DNA of 64,000 nucleotides from positions 11,264-75,263 of the forward strand of contig CAVUUN010000025.1 in NCBI GenBank assembly GCA_963744645.1, given 5' to 3'. Source of the stretch: an uncultured Acidobacteriota bacterium. GTDB taxonomy: Bacteria > Acidobacteriota > UBA6911 > RPQK01. The position numbers were made by a program, and so were the translations under genes. Each line of letters opens with the position of its first letter. Position 1 is the first letter of the stretch. Positions 46,229 to 56,660 of the stretch are shown here, one piece after another. The notes beneath the pieces were generated by a model. That model was not told the origin of the DNA. It was given only the letters and a program-made list of their open reading frames with translations, and did no database searches.

Positions 46229-48862
46229 TCACTTGTCGGGGCGGTCCTCGATCACGGGCAGGATCACCAGCCGCGGGATATCTTCCGGGTAGGGTTCCGG
46301 CCGATCCGCATGGCGCAGCGACAGCACCGCGAGCGGCTGGTCGCTGTGAACCGTGATGATTCCAAGCGGAACGCCGTCCACGTCGGCTCCGGCAAAGAGC
46401 TCCCTGGCGTAGCGCGCCATGTGCGCTCCGGGCAAGAGGGCCTCTGCTCCCGTCATCTCCTTAACGGCAACCAGGCGATAGGATGAGTCGTACAGCCGAA
46501 GCGTGACGGCAGCGGGAGCGCTTCCGGTGTTGACAAGCGCAACACCGGTCTGCAGTGCGTTCGACACTGAGTTCTCGAAGAAGCTGCAATCCTGAAGAGG
46601 ACGGCATGCCGGAACACCGGTCTCGAACAGCACCACGCCGCCTTCCCGATAGCTGAACCGCGCGGTTCCCGAAACTGCCGGACCCGTCGTTACGCGAGCG
46701 TACCCCGAGGTCACCGTCCCCTGGCCCGTCGTCTGGATTGAATACACCTGCCCCTTGGCCAGGCGCGTCGATACCGAGCTTCTGACTCCGAGATCGACGA
46801 GGTCCAAGGACAAGGCGCTTCCGTTGGAATTGAAGAAATCAACCACCAGGTCAGCCTCGTCTCCCGTGTTCGTAAACAGCAGCGATGTCCGCAGACCGAG
46901 GCCCGCGGCTTCGCCGTTTCCGACCTGAGGGAAGAAGAAGACCTGTGGATCCGTGGTCCCTCCACCCGGAGGCGGTATGACAGGCAGAGTGCTCATCGAA
47001 GTGAGCCTCTTGGAAAGGGGGACAGAGAGGTCCGTGTACTCGCAAAGCGTGACCGGAGCCAGTGGGGAATCGGATTTGACCTCCAGGATCGCTCTTTCGA
47101 TTCCGTTTGCCTGCAGTTCCGAGAACAGCTCTGTCGCGTAGCGCGCCACCTGATGGCCTTTCGCCAGCGATGTTCCGGTCGCTTGACTGATTGGCTTCGC
47201 CGCAATCGTCTGGCTCGACGCGTCGCGTAGCGACAAAAGAGGGTCGACATCCGAATCGCCGCCGTTGACGAGGGCAAGCCCGGTCTCCCGTCCGCCGGTT
47301 CGATCGACAAACAGGCTGAATTCCTTGGCGGGCTCCGTGGCCGGAACGGATGTCTGGTAGGTGATTCGAGCCGTGTTCGACTGGAGATTCGTGAGAATTG
47401 CTGTACCGTTGACTCTCTCACCGGTCGTGACCCTGGCGTAACCTGCTCTTAACTCCAGGGGACCAAAAAAGCCGAATCCTGTCGTTTCCATGCTGATCGT
47501 CTCCCCGTGCTTCAGCGGGACGCTGAACGCCGAGTACATCTCTCCCCACGGGAAGGGAAACAGAATCATGGGAACGGCCGACGATTCGAAGAACTGGAAT
47601 TGAACCTGGCTATCCTCCCCCGAATTCGAGAAGAGGAGCTGAGTTCTCAACTCGACCCCAGCCACGAAACCGTCTGCGATTTGAGGGAAATAGAGAGCCT
47701 TCGACGGGCCGGCGAGCGCATACAGGCGATTGTCGCAGGAGGTCACGTATAGACGGCCGTCCACGACCACCGGCGAGGAAACGATGGAAGACTGCGAGGC
47801 GCTTCTCCACAGTTCGCGGCCGTCACGCGACAGGGCATAAATTGTCCCGTCACTGTCTCCGATATAGATGTTCCCTATCCCGTCGATACTCGGAGAGCCA
47901 AGGATGTAGTAGCCATCCGTCTGGAAGGACCACCGCGGGCCAAAACCAAAGCGTGAGAGGCAATAAAGGTTGCCGTCCAGGCAACCGACGTAGATCCATC
48001 CGTCATCGCCGAGCGCCGGGGATGAGACGATCCCCTTCGGAAGGACCTCGCGAAAAGCGAGGGCGCCGGTTTCAAGATCGACCGCACAGACAACACCGTC
48101 GGAGGTCCGCGAGGCGCCGAGGTAGAGCCTTTTGCGCGGCGCGTCAACCGTGGGACTGGAGACCACCCGGTTCCGGTTGACACCCAGGGGCTCCCTGAAG
48201 GTCCATACGGGTACTCCCGGAGTCGGGGAACCGGGCGAGAACTTGATGACTGCCAGGTCGGAACCGTCCAAGGTCGAGAGGTAGATGTTTCCGACTTCAT
48301 CGGCCACCGGGCTGGAAGACGGCATTCCGGCCACCAGGGTCCGCCAGGCAATGTTGCCGGCAGCGTCGACTGCGTAGAGATAATTGTTCCAGGCCGCCAC
48401 GTACGACGTCCCAGACGCGAGCACAAGCGGAGATGCGAGAATCCGGCGGTCGGTCCCCTCCGTCAGGGCAAGCGACCAGCGCAGGGCCCCGTCGGGCCGA
48501 ACCGAGTAGTACCAGCCGGCCAGGTCTCCGAAGTAGATATTCCCGGCGGAGTCCAAAGCAGGAGTGGAGTAGATCGCGTCGTGTGCCTGGAAGGTCCATC
48601 GCGGCTGGCCGTTTTTGTCGAGTGCGTGTAAAACGCCGTCGGTGGCGGCCAGGTAGACGGTGCCGTCGGCGGTGACAACGGGCGAAGCGTGAATCGATCC
48701 GTCAGCCGCAAAAGTCCACAGGACATCGGATTCTACCGGGCCGAGAGCTTCGGTCCGTCCCGTCCGCTGGCTGTTGTAGTGGAAGCCTGGCGTGTCCGCG
48801 ACGAGTTGGACGCCCATCAGGGCACTGACGATCAGAACGATACAAACCCACCTGGTTCCCAT
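46229..48862 (-). CDS. Large secreted protein with PQQ-like beta-propeller repeats (BamB-like) plus C-terminal beta-sandwich-like repeats
   Basis: The motif GxxYxxDxxGxxxW recurs in many blades (for example DGTVYLAATDGVLHALD). A signal peptide starts at MGTRW. Confidence 0.55.
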   Translation of the reverse strand: MGTRWVCIVLIVSALMGVQLVADTPGFHYNSQRTGRTEALGPVESDVLWTFAADGSIHASPVVTADGTVYLAATDGVLHALDKNGQPRWTFQAHDAIYSTPALDSAGNIYFGDLAGWYYSVRPDGALRWSLALTEGTDRRILASPLVLASGTSYVAAWNNYLYAVDAAGNIAWRTLVAGMPSSSPVADEVGNIYLSTLDGSDLAVIKFSPGSPTPGVPVWTFREPLGVNRNRVVSSPTVDAPRKRLYLGASRTSDGVVCAVDLETGALAFREVLPKGIVSSPALGDDGWIYVGCLDGNLYCLSRFGFGPRWSFQTDGYYILGSPSIDGIGNIYIGDSDGTIYALSRDGRELWRSASQSSIVSSPVVVDGRLYVTSCDNRLYALAGPSKALYFPQIADGFVAGVELRTQLLFSNSGEDSQVQFQFFESSAVPMILFPFPWGEMYSAFSVPLKHGETISMETTGFGFFGPLELRAGYARVTTGERVNGTAILTNLQSNTARITYQTSVPATEPAKEFSLFVDRTGGRETGLALVNGGDSDVDPLLSLRDASSQTIAAKPISQATGTSLAKGHQVARYATELFSELQANGIERAILEVKSDSPLAPVTLCEYTDLSVPLSKRLTSMSTLPVIPPPGGGTTDPQVFFFPQVGNGEAAGLGLRTSLLFTNTGDEADLVVDFFNSNGSALSLDLVDLGVRSSVSTRLAKGQVYSIQTTGQGTVTSGYARVTTGPAVSGTARFSYREGGVVLFETGVPACRPLQDCSFFENSVSNALQTGVALVNTGSAPAAVTLRLYDSSYRLVAVKEMTGAEALLPGAHMARYARELFAGADVDGVPLGIITVHSDQPLAVLSLRHADRPEPYPEDIPRLVILPVIEDRPDK

Positions 48863-48881
48863 GGAAGTCTCACCTCGTCCG

Positions 48882-50027
48882 TCAATGCCGCGCGCCCGGC
48901 AGAAAACTGTAGCGCGCCGCCTCAATCGTCAGACCCCGCACCTCGATATCACTCAATCTGTTTGTCCCGATGCCTCGCGCGGCAGCCAGGGCCAGGGTGT
49001 TGTCCGCGTTATAGAACGGCTTGGTTCCGCGGCCGGCAGCCGGGTCGTATCCCATGACAGCTGTGCAGACCGTGTCGGTGCACACAGGATTCCTTCCCGC
49101 CAGAAGCAAGCCGGGGACCGCGATTCCAGTCTGGGTGCCGTTCCAGGCCCCTTCCCCGCCGTGCATTGTCACCACGGCGTCGACGATGGAAAGGTCAATG
49201 GGACGCGCCCGATTGATGTCAACGACCGCGCGAGGGACCCGGAAACCGGGATCCACGGAGGTGATCGGGAGTCTTTCCCCGCCGGCGGCTGACATCCCTC
49301 CCTCGTGCAGCACCGCGACACGAGCCTGCGTCGACGTTTCATCGTGCACGGCAGACGAGTACAGCGCGCTCGGAGTGATGCCGAAGAGGTTCTTCATCGC
49401 CAGTGTCACACCCGCGACGTCGTGATTTTTCATCTTCGGGATCGAAACCATGACATCGGTGTCCACGTAGCGGTGGTTCAATTGCACCGACTCGTAAACA
49501 TAAGCATCCGCGCCCACCGGGCGACTACTGTAAGACGACCCGGTGCCCAGGTTCCGGGTGTTCTCCCACTGCAGGGCGGGGACCGTCGACTCAAAAAGAT
49601 TCACGTCGTATCCGGAGGCGGAGTATGCGGCTCGAGTCTCATCAGTCGAGTAGAGGCTTTCGCAGATTGTGATCCGGCGCGCCCCCGCCTCCTGAAAAAG
49701 AGAACAGGCAGCCAGGGCCACGATCGGATGGGTGTAAACCGTTTCGACCGGGGAGAGGGTGTAGACCGGCACGTGCCAGCCGCCGGTTACATTGATCTTC
49801 ACAGACACCGTCTTGCCGTTCACGAGGCTGCCGATTCCGCCCAACTCGTCAAACATCGTCGATAATGCGGCCTTGACCGCCGGGAAATCGTAACGCCTGC
49901 AGCGGGCAATCGCGACCGGCGACGTGGGCGGCGAGCCGGCTTGTGCATGGAGCACGTGCGGAACGACAGCGGCAGCCAGGGCACTGGACAGGAAGGCACG
50001 CCGAGACACCGTTGTAATCATCGCCAT
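48882..50027 (-). CDS. Tat-signal protein, possibly of the DUF362 family
   Basis: A Tat signal (SRRAFLSSALAAAV) is present. The upstream MGELSIMSPRL residues derive from the repeat. The DUF362 assignment is tentative. Confidence 0.45.
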   Translation of the reverse strand: MAMITTVSRRAFLSSALAAAVVPHVLHAQAGSPPTSPVAIARCRRYDFPAVKAALSTMFDELGGIGSLVNGKTVSVKINVTGGWHVPVYTLSPVETVYTHPIVALAACSLFQEAGARRITICESLYSTDETRAAYSASGYDVNLFESTVPALQWENTRNLGTGSSYSSRPVGADAYVYESVQLNHRYVDTDVMVSIPKMKNHDVAGVTLAMKNLFGITPSALYSSAVHDETSTQARVAVLHEGGMSAAGGERLPITSVDPGFRVPRAVVDINRARPIDLSIVDAVVTMHGGEGAWNGTQTGIAVPGLLLAGRNPVCTDTVCTAVMGYDPAAGRGTKPFYNADNTLALAAARGIGTNRLSDIEVRGLTIEAARYSFLPGARH

Positions 50028-50039
50028 GAATTTTACCCC

Positions 50040-50520
50040 CGGTTCCAATCTCGGGGACATAATACTTAATTCCCCCACCGCTTCCGGGCGTGTCCGTTGG
50101 CGAAGGATTAAGTTTTTTGTCCCCGAAATTGGTCCCCGAAATTGCCCGGAAATTCCTGGGCCTTCACCCCGGGCTATCTTTAATCGGCCCGTTGGCCCCT
50201 AAACCCTGTTCCGATACTCAAGTTGGCGCCTACGGGGTCTGCCCCGCTGCAGCCCGGATGTTAGACTGAAGATACGGAAAATCGGGGGTCAGGAGTCCGG
50301 AGACGCGGATCCCGGGGGATGTTTCCGGGAATATAGTATCGGGGGAGTTTCGGGGAGTTTCGGGGACACAAAACTTAATTCTTTCGCAAACCGACACGCC
50401 CGGTAACGGTGACGGAATTAAGTATTATGTCCCCGAAACTCGCAAACCGACACGCCCGGTAACGGTGACGGAATTAAGTATTATGTCCCCGAAACTTCCC
50501 CGAAACTCCCCATCTGGTAG
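50040..50520. repeat. Cluster of MITE-like hairpin elements (copies 5 and 6, plus a tandemly duplicated right half) in a divergent intergenic region
   Basis: An element lies at 50040-50115, and a composite element lies at 50340-50520 in which the 58-bp right half is duplicated in tandem. Confidence 0.85.
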
Positions 50521-50527
50521 TCGGCAC

Positions 50528-51382
50528 ATGAACAACGAGAAACTGGGAGAAGCCAAGGAGCAGGCGCGGGAAGCGATTCGCAAGGTGAGTCCCTGGGTGG
50601 AGCGTGCCGCCCGCTTCGGCTTCCTCGCGAAGGGAGTCGTCTACGCATGCCTTGGACTCCTGATCCTGCGCGCGGCCGCCAACTATCGGAAGGAGATCGC
50701 GGATCCGTACGAAGTGCTGAGAAGGCTTGGGCACCAGCCGCTTGGCGAGGTCCTCCTCGGGCTCATTGCGGTCGGCCTCTTCGGCTACGCCACCTGGCGG
50801 ATCATCGAAACCGTGTTTGACCCACAGGGCAAGGGTAACGGGATCCGTGGACTGGTTCTGCGGACCGGATACGCGGTCAGTGCCGTCGCTTACGGCGGCC
50901 TGGGCGTCGCCTCGCTTCAGCTCGCCGTCGGCGAAGCTATCGGTTCTAAAGGGGACAGTACCGAAAGCTGGACAGCCGAGATTCTGAGCCACCGCTTCGG
51001 CGAATACCTGATCGTGCTCCTTGCTCTGATTGTTTTTGGCGTCGGCATAGCGCAGCTGTACCAGTCGCTCACCGCGAAGTTCTGTGACAATCTCAAACTG
51101 CACCGGTTCTCCGCAGCCGAGAAGGACTGGACAGTCAGCATCGGGAGAATCGGCTACGCCGCACGAGCCGTGGTCTTTGCCGTGATTGGTTTTCTCCTGC
51201 TCAGCGCCGCGTGGTCGCACAATCCTCAGGACGCCGGCGGTATTGCGGACGCGCTGGCGGAGCTCGGCCGGCACAGCTACGGTTTCTGGATCCTGGCCGG
51301 TATGGGGTTCGGTTTTACCGCGTATGCGATCCACCTGGTCATCGAAGCCAGCTGTCGCAAGTTCTTCCTTCACCAGATCTAG
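50528..51382 (+). CDS. DUF1206-family membrane protein
   Basis: The protein has repeated hydrophobic pairs. The start is assigned to MNNEKL because the upstream MTELSIMSPKL residues come from the repeat. Confidence 0.5.
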   Translation: MNNEKLGEAKEQAREAIRKVSPWVERAARFGFLAKGVVYACLGLLILRAAANYRKEIADPYEVLRRLGHQPLGEVLLGLIAVGLFGYATWRIIETVFDPQGKGNGIRGLVLRTGYAVSAVAYGGLGVASLQLAVGEAIGSKGDSTESWTAEILSHRFGEYLIVLLALIVFGVGIAQLYQSLTAKFCDNLKLHRFSAAEKDWTVSIGRIGYAARAVVFAVIGFLLLSAAWSHNPQDAGGIADALAELGRHSYGFWILAGMGFGFTAYAIHLVIEASCRKFFLHQI

Positions 51383-51384
51383 GA

Positions 51385-51895
51385 ACCAGGGACAGGGAGA
51401 CCGGGAGACTGAGACAGGGAGACAAGGACACGCGACAAAGGCCTAAGCGTGGGTTGTCAGTCGCACTCTGATTCAGAATATCGTATGTCGAACAAGGAAT
51501 TTCGAATGTCGAAGGAAGGCCAGGCGTCCCGGCTGAATCGTGGCTTGGGCGAGATCGTAAGGAGCCGCGCACGGCAGCGAGCCCAGCGAGCGAGTAAGCG
51601 GACCAGCCAACATGCTCTTTAGTCTGGCCCTTGCTACTCGCGACTGCCCCGTGTGGCTGCGTGGCTGGTCCGCTTACTCGCTCGCTGGCGCTCGCTGCCG
51701 TGCGCGGCTCCTTACGGTGATTGCTCGCCGCTCGTTCTCGCTGATATAGAACTAGCCCTCTGCCCAGCCGGTTCTTGCTTCCCTTCGACATTCGTCATTT
51801 CTTGTTCGATATTCGATATTCATCTCCCCGTCTCCCTGTCTCCCTGTCTCCCGGCTCCCGGCTCCCCTGCTCCCCGTCAATAGGTCTGGACGGCA
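51385..51895. repeat. Complex nested-palindrome element K with three concentric arm pairs; homologous modules at 62815-63800
   Basis: The outer arms are (GGGAGAC)n against (GTCTCCC)n, the middle arms are cgaacaaggaatttcgaatgtcgaagg against its complement, and the inner arms are gtaaggagccgcgcacggcagcgagc against its complement. Confidence 0.8.
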
Positions 51896-51958
51896 ATACA
51901 ACGGATGTTGTAGAAATACGGCGACCTTGCACACGACAGGCACACTAGAAGCGCAAAG

Positions 51959-52954
51959 ATGAATCCCTTCAGACCACTCCTCCCGGTTGCCACGCTGCTG
52001 TTTGCAATTGCCACGATCGGAGTGTTGGGCTACGCCCTGATCGAGCACTGGCCGTTGCTCGACTCTGCGTACATGGTCGTCATCACGCTGTTCACAATCG
52101 GTTTTCAGGAAGTTCACCCCTTGTCGGGGATGGGGAAGATCTTCACGGCCTTGCTGGTGGTCACGGGCGTGGGAACTGCCGTTTATGCTGCCGGCCAGGC
52201 GGTCGAGATTATCGTCGCCGGGGAGATGATGGGGTACCGTAAGAGGAGAAGAATGTCTAAGAAGATCCATGAGATGCGCGGCCATTTCATTATTTGTGGT
52301 TTTGGCAGAGTCGGGCATCAGGTCTCCGAGGTGTTCCTCTCGGCCAAGACGCCGTTCGTCGTTATCGATTCAAAACCGGAAACCGCCGCAGAGCTCGAAC
52401 CTCGCGACATTCCGCACCTTATCGGGGACGCTACCTCGGACGAAACCCTGGAAACCGCAGGGATTCAGCGAGCCAGAGGTTTGGTCGCCTGTTCGGACTC
52501 TGACGTGGCTAACGTCTACGTGACCCTTTCCGCCCGGGCCATCAACCCGAAGTTGTACATAGTCGCCCGAGCAGGCCTTCGCGACACTGAACGGAAGCTG
52601 CGGAAGGCCGGGGCCGACCGTGTCATTTCCCCTTACTTCATGGCCGGCCTCCGGATGGCAGCACTTGCTACCAGGCCCGTCACCAGCGATTTTTTAGACC
52701 TTGTGACTCACGGAGGGGACTTGGAATTCAGCCTCCGGGAAATAGGGATCTCGACGCATTGTCCCATGGTCGGGAAAACACTCGCTGAGACCGATCTGCG
52801 GGAGAAGTCGGGCGCAACCGTGCTTGCGATCCGGAGGTCCACCGGCCGCTTCGACCTGCAACCCCGCGGTTCTTCGGTCATCGATGCCGGCGACATCCTG
52901 ATCGTCATCGGAACCACCGAGCAGGTGGCTCTCCTTCAGAGCATGATCGGCTAG
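51959..52954 (+). CDS. Potassium channel protein with RCK (TrkA-N and TrkA-C) domains
   Basis: A two-transmembrane pore module (TLFTIGFQE) is followed by a TrkA-N domain (FIICGFGRVGHQV) and a TrkA-C domain. Confidence 0.65.
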   Translation: MNPFRPLLPVATLLFAIATIGVLGYALIEHWPLLDSAYMVVITLFTIGFQEVHPLSGMGKIFTALLVVTGVGTAVYAAGQAVEIIVAGEMMGYRKRRRMSKKIHEMRGHFIICGFGRVGHQVSEVFLSAKTPFVVIDSKPETAAELEPRDIPHLIGDATSDETLETAGIQRARGLVACSDSDVANVYVTLSARAINPKLYIVARAGLRDTERKLRKAGADRVISPYFMAGLRMAALATRPVTSDFLDLVTHGGDLEFSLREIGISTHCPMVGKTLAETDLREKSGATVLAIRRSTGRFDLQPRGSSVIDAGDILIVIGTTEQVALLQSMIG

Positions 52955-53073
52955 CTCTCCACCGAAGGAGTTTCGGCGAGCGAACTCCTCCAGAGCTCCG
53001 TTGATTCAGCATCGGCCCGGACGGGCCGGGGCCCATGTCAGCGGCAGCCGCTACAATCGCGCGCGGACGGGAC

Positions 53074-54318
53074 ATGCAAAGGACGCGGCTGCTGACTCTG
53101 ATACTCACACTGTTGACAGCTCACTCCGCCGGCTTCGCCGGGGGAGAGGAAGTTCGCGGTCTGTGGGTTGTGAGGACGAGTCTCAAGTCTCCAGAATCTA
53201 TCGACCGCATGGTCGAGGAGGCGGCGGCCGCCGGCTTCAACACCCTCTTCGTACAGGTCCGGGGACGGGGCGATGCGCTTTACAAGTCTCAGCATGTCCC
53301 ACGCTCCGAGTTGCTCCAGGATCAGCCGGAGAGCTTCGATCCGCTGGCGTACACATTACAAAAGGCTCGGCCCAGGGGAATCAAGGTCCATGCCTGGATT
53401 AACACCTGCCTGGTCGCCAGTTTTTCGGACCGCCCTTCCAATCCCTCGCACGTGCTGCAGACTCACGTTGACTGGCTCTCGGTCCCCGCGTCTCTGGCCG
53501 GGCGTCAGCTTACGCGGTCATCTCACCCGCTGGACCGGATCCGCACGGCGAGCAGGAAATACGGCAACGAGATCGAGGGGTACTTCCTGGACCCGAGCGA
53601 TCCAGGTGCAGCCGAGCACCTGCGAAAGGTGGTTCGGGAGATCACGACTGGATACCGCGTGGACGGCGTTCATTTGGACTACTTTCGCTATCCCCATTCG
53701 GGATTCGGGTATTCGGCCCGCGCCCTGGAGGACTTCAGGAGCGACGTGGAGAAACAGATGTCGTCCAAACAACGCCAGCGACTCCGAAAGAAATCGGGGC
53801 GCGACGCTCTGATCTATGTCCGCTCGTATCCGGTTGCCTGGGATGCGTGGAGGCGAAGGCAGGTGACGGAGCTTCTCGCCAGCCTCCACCGCACGGTCAA
53901 AGGGCAGTCGCGGGCATGCCTCCTCAGCGTCGCCGTCGTTGCGGACAATCAGAGCGCGTACAAGGACCGCCTCCAGGACTGGAAAAGGTGGCTGGAGGAA
54001 GGACTGCTCGACGCTGTGTGCCCCATGGCCTACTCGTCCGACAGCGAAACCTTCAAGACCCAGGTTGCGACTGCCCGTGGATTCAGCTTCGGACGGTCGG
54101 TATGGGCGGGGATCGGGGCCTGGCAGATGAAGCTCCCCGATATTCTCGAGAAGATCCAACTGAGCAGACGAATCGGAACGGAAGGGTTCATCCTCTTTTC
54201 CTATGACGGCCTGGTCGCCGAGACTCCGGTTAATCCGGCGGGGCGCAACCTTCGCCGCATCGGCTCCTTCCTGAACGACGAGCCGGCGCAGCCCGGCCCG
54301 GTCAGCTCCTCCCGTTAA
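53074..54318 (+). CDS. Family 10-like glycoside hydrolase-like domain protein (GHL10/YngK-like), secreted
   Basis: A signal peptide is followed by VRGLWVVRTS...GFNTLFVQVRGRGDALY. Confidence 0.55.
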   Translation: MQRTRLLTLILTLLTAHSAGFAGGEEVRGLWVVRTSLKSPESIDRMVEEAAAAGFNTLFVQVRGRGDALYKSQHVPRSELLQDQPESFDPLAYTLQKARPRGIKVHAWINTCLVASFSDRPSNPSHVLQTHVDWLSVPASLAGRQLTRSSHPLDRIRTASRKYGNEIEGYFLDPSDPGAAEHLRKVVREITTGYRVDGVHLDYFRYPHSGFGYSARALEDFRSDVEKQMSSKQRQRLRKKSGRDALIYVRSYPVAWDAWRRRQVTELLASLHRTVKGQSRACLLSVAVVADNQSAYKDRLQDWKRWLEEGLLDAVCPMAYSSDSETFKTQVATARGFSFGRSVWAGIGAWQMKLPDILEKIQLSRRIGTEGFILFSYDGLVAETPVNPAGRNLRRIGSFLNDEPAQPGPVSSSR

Positions 54319-54475
54319 GCTGCTTACTCAATTCGCGGAAATTTTCCCGCCTGCCTGAAATAGAGCCGATCTCGACCTGCTTCAAGAAGCCCGTCGCACC
54401 TCGATTTCATTCTCCAACGCTTCTGGTCCCTGATTTGCTTCGACTCCCCAGCTATCCGAAGGAGGACTTCGTCAT

Positions 54476-54958
54476 ATGGTCTCTCGCATTCAAGTACTGG
54501 CCGTCTTGCTGAGCGTTGGAGCTGCCGTTTGCATGACGAGCACCGACATTTTCGCTCAAACTCCGACGATGGTAGGCGCCCGCGCCGGCGTCTACGCGGA
54601 TGACAGCAACGCCTTCATCGGAGGCGAATTTCTCGCCCCGATCGTGCGACGCTTGTACTTCAATCCGAACGTCGAATACGTTTTCGTCGAAAACGGCAGG
54701 GCGGCCACGTTCAACCTCGATTTCCATTACGACTTCCCGCTCGGCGGGGGGGCCTTTACCTGGGCCGGGGCGGGCCTGGGCTTTATCTATCGGAATCCCG
54801 AAGGTCCAGCCGGAAGCAATACCGATCCGGCCGCCAACATCCTGTTTGGTCTCGGATACAACATGGGCGGATGGATTCCCTATGTTCAGGCGAAAGTGAT
54901 CGCGTCGGACAATTCCGATTTCGTCTTGGGGGGCGGTGTCCGGTTTCCGCTGGAGTGA
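54476..54958 (+). CDS. Small outer-membrane beta-barrel protein
   Basis: The protein has a signal peptide, alternating hydrophobic residues and a terminal aromatic residue context. Confidence 0.45.
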   Translation: MVSRIQVLAVLLSVGAAVCMTSTDIFAQTPTMVGARAGVYADDSNAFIGGEFLAPIVRRLYFNPNVEYVFVENGRAATFNLDFHYDFPLGGGAFTWAGAGLGFIYRNPEGPAGSNTDPAANILFGLGYNMGGWIPYVQAKVIASDNSDFVLGGGVRFPLE

Positions 54959-55121
54959 AGACTGGTCAGGGCGCGCTGCCTGCTGATTGGCCCATGGAAA
55001 CCATCCGCCCGCGCGCTGCGCGGATTATGAATCTCGTCATGCCGGAACCGGGGGGTACCCACTTCTTGTTGAAACCGGTTCACGGGGCAACCGCATCCTT
55101 TTATGTCGGAGGTCAGGGTGA

Positions 55122-56141
55122 ATGGCGACGACAGATGATAGAACGCCATCGTGGTGGGCTCACACTGAAGACAACGAAGCTCTCCAAAGCTTCCTGAAAA
55201 GCTGGTCGGAACCTGTATCGCGGCGCACTTATCTGCAACGAGCGGGTCTTCTCCTGTCCAGCGCTGGACTGCTGGTCTACGGCCACGGCCCGGGGTTCTG
55301 GAATCAGATGATCAAGGAGATGAGCTCCCCCGTTGTTCCGCCGCCATTCCGTCCGGATCCGGCCGCCTGGCCGGACGACGGACTCTTTGCTGCGTGGCTC
55401 GGTCACAGCACCGTGTTGCTGAAAATCGACGGTTTCACGATCCTGACCGACCCGACGTTCAGCGACCGGGCGGGAGTCTCTCTGGGGCCGTTGACGTTCG
55501 GGCCCAAGCGGATGGTGGAGCCTGCCTTGCCCGTCCAATCGCTGCCGCCAATCGACCTGATCCTGCTTTCTCACGCCCACATGGACCACCTTGACGTGCC
55601 CTCGCTCCGGGCCCTCGAGGGCCCGGGGACCGAGGTCGTCACGGCACGACACACCTCGGATCTGATCCGTGTCGACAGGTACAGGAGGGTTCGCGAGCTG
55701 CGATGGGGCCAAGTGTGCCAGGTGGGACCGATCGAGTGCCGTGCTTTCGAGGTAAGGCACTGGGGGGCACGCCTCCGCCATGATCACCACCGCGGATACA
55801 ACGGTTACTTGCTGGAAACCGGTCGTCACAAGATCGTCTATGCGGGGGACACTGCTTTAACCAACCGATTCCGACAGCTCAAAAGCGGGAAGGCTATCGA
55901 CCTGATGATCATGCCGATCGGGGCATACGATCCCTTCATAGCGAACCACTGCACTCCCGAGCAGGCCTGGGCGATGAGCCAAATGGCTGGAGGCCGCTAT
56001 GTGCTTCCGGTTCATCACCAGACCTTCAACCTCAGCCGGGAACCGAAGATGGAGCCGATCGAACGGCTCCTGCAGGTCGCGCATCGGGAGCTCGACCGCT
56101 TGCCCGTCAAGGAAATCGGCCAGGAATTTCAGTTCGCGTGA
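55122..56141 (+). CDS. MBL-fold metallo-hydrolase with a Tat signal
   Basis: The HAHMDH metallo-beta-lactamase motif is present, together with a Tat-like signal (SRRTYLQRAGLLL). Confidence 0.65.
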   Translation: MATTDDRTPSWWAHTEDNEALQSFLKSWSEPVSRRTYLQRAGLLLSSAGLLVYGHGPGFWNQMIKEMSSPVVPPPFRPDPAAWPDDGLFAAWLGHSTVLLKIDGFTILTDPTFSDRAGVSLGPLTFGPKRMVEPALPVQSLPPIDLILLSHAHMDHLDVPSLRALEGPGTEVVTARHTSDLIRVDRYRRVRELRWGQVCQVGPIECRAFEVRHWGARLRHDHHRGYNGYLLETGRHKIVYAGDTALTNRFRQLKSGKAIDLMIMPIGAYDPFIANHCTPEQAWAMSQMAGGRYVLPVHHQTFNLSREPKMEPIERLLQVAHRELDRLPVKEIGQEFQFA

Positions 56142-56229
56142 TGCCGCCGAGCGGTGCAGAAGGATGTTCTTTGACGGCCGTGCACCGCGGAGTGTCTTGT
56201 CAGAGCCTGCTCCTTATATGTATTTCGGC

Positions 56230-56660
56230 CGTCCCGATCTGGCAAAAAGGGCGGGACGGAATCGGCCCTCGGAGCGCGGACGTGCCGTCCACATTGGGTT
56301 CGCGGACGTCCCGTCCGCGCGGCGGGCATCTTGCCCGCCGTTCCGATCGTCCGAGCTGTTGCGATCTCCGCGAGAGAACGCCGGGCAGGATGCCCGGCGC
56401 GCGGGCAGGATGCCCGCGAACCCAGTGCGGACGGGACGTCCGCGCTCCGGAAGGCCGTGGCCGAAATACGTATAAGGTGCGGGTCAGAGCCGCGCACGCA
56501 GCGTCTTGGTGCGGAGTAAGCGGGTTCTTCTGAGTTCCGAGTTGCAATCCTTACCAGATCGAACGGTGATACCTCGGGACTCGACAAGTAGCGGGCGCCT
56601 GAAATGTGACACCTGAAACGTGTAGCTCCGAACTCAGAACTCCGAACTCAGAACTCAGAA
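56230..56660. repeat. Two adjacent structured repeats: an imperfect palindrome at 56230-56500 and a GTTCTGA/TCAGAAC tandem-repeat hairpin at 56520-56660
   Basis: The left arm cggagcgcggacgtgccgtcc... matches the reverse complement of the right arm. The second element shares its repeat units with 43399-43530. Confidence 0.75.

Noticed and set aside
56129-56587. ORFs within the 56150-56660 and 62815-63800 repeat regions (for example 56129-56587, 56138-56533, 63371-63808, 63582-63983).
   Set aside because: The sequence there is palindromic repeat. The ORFs mirror each other on the two strands and have Arg/Ser/Pro-rich low-complexity translations.
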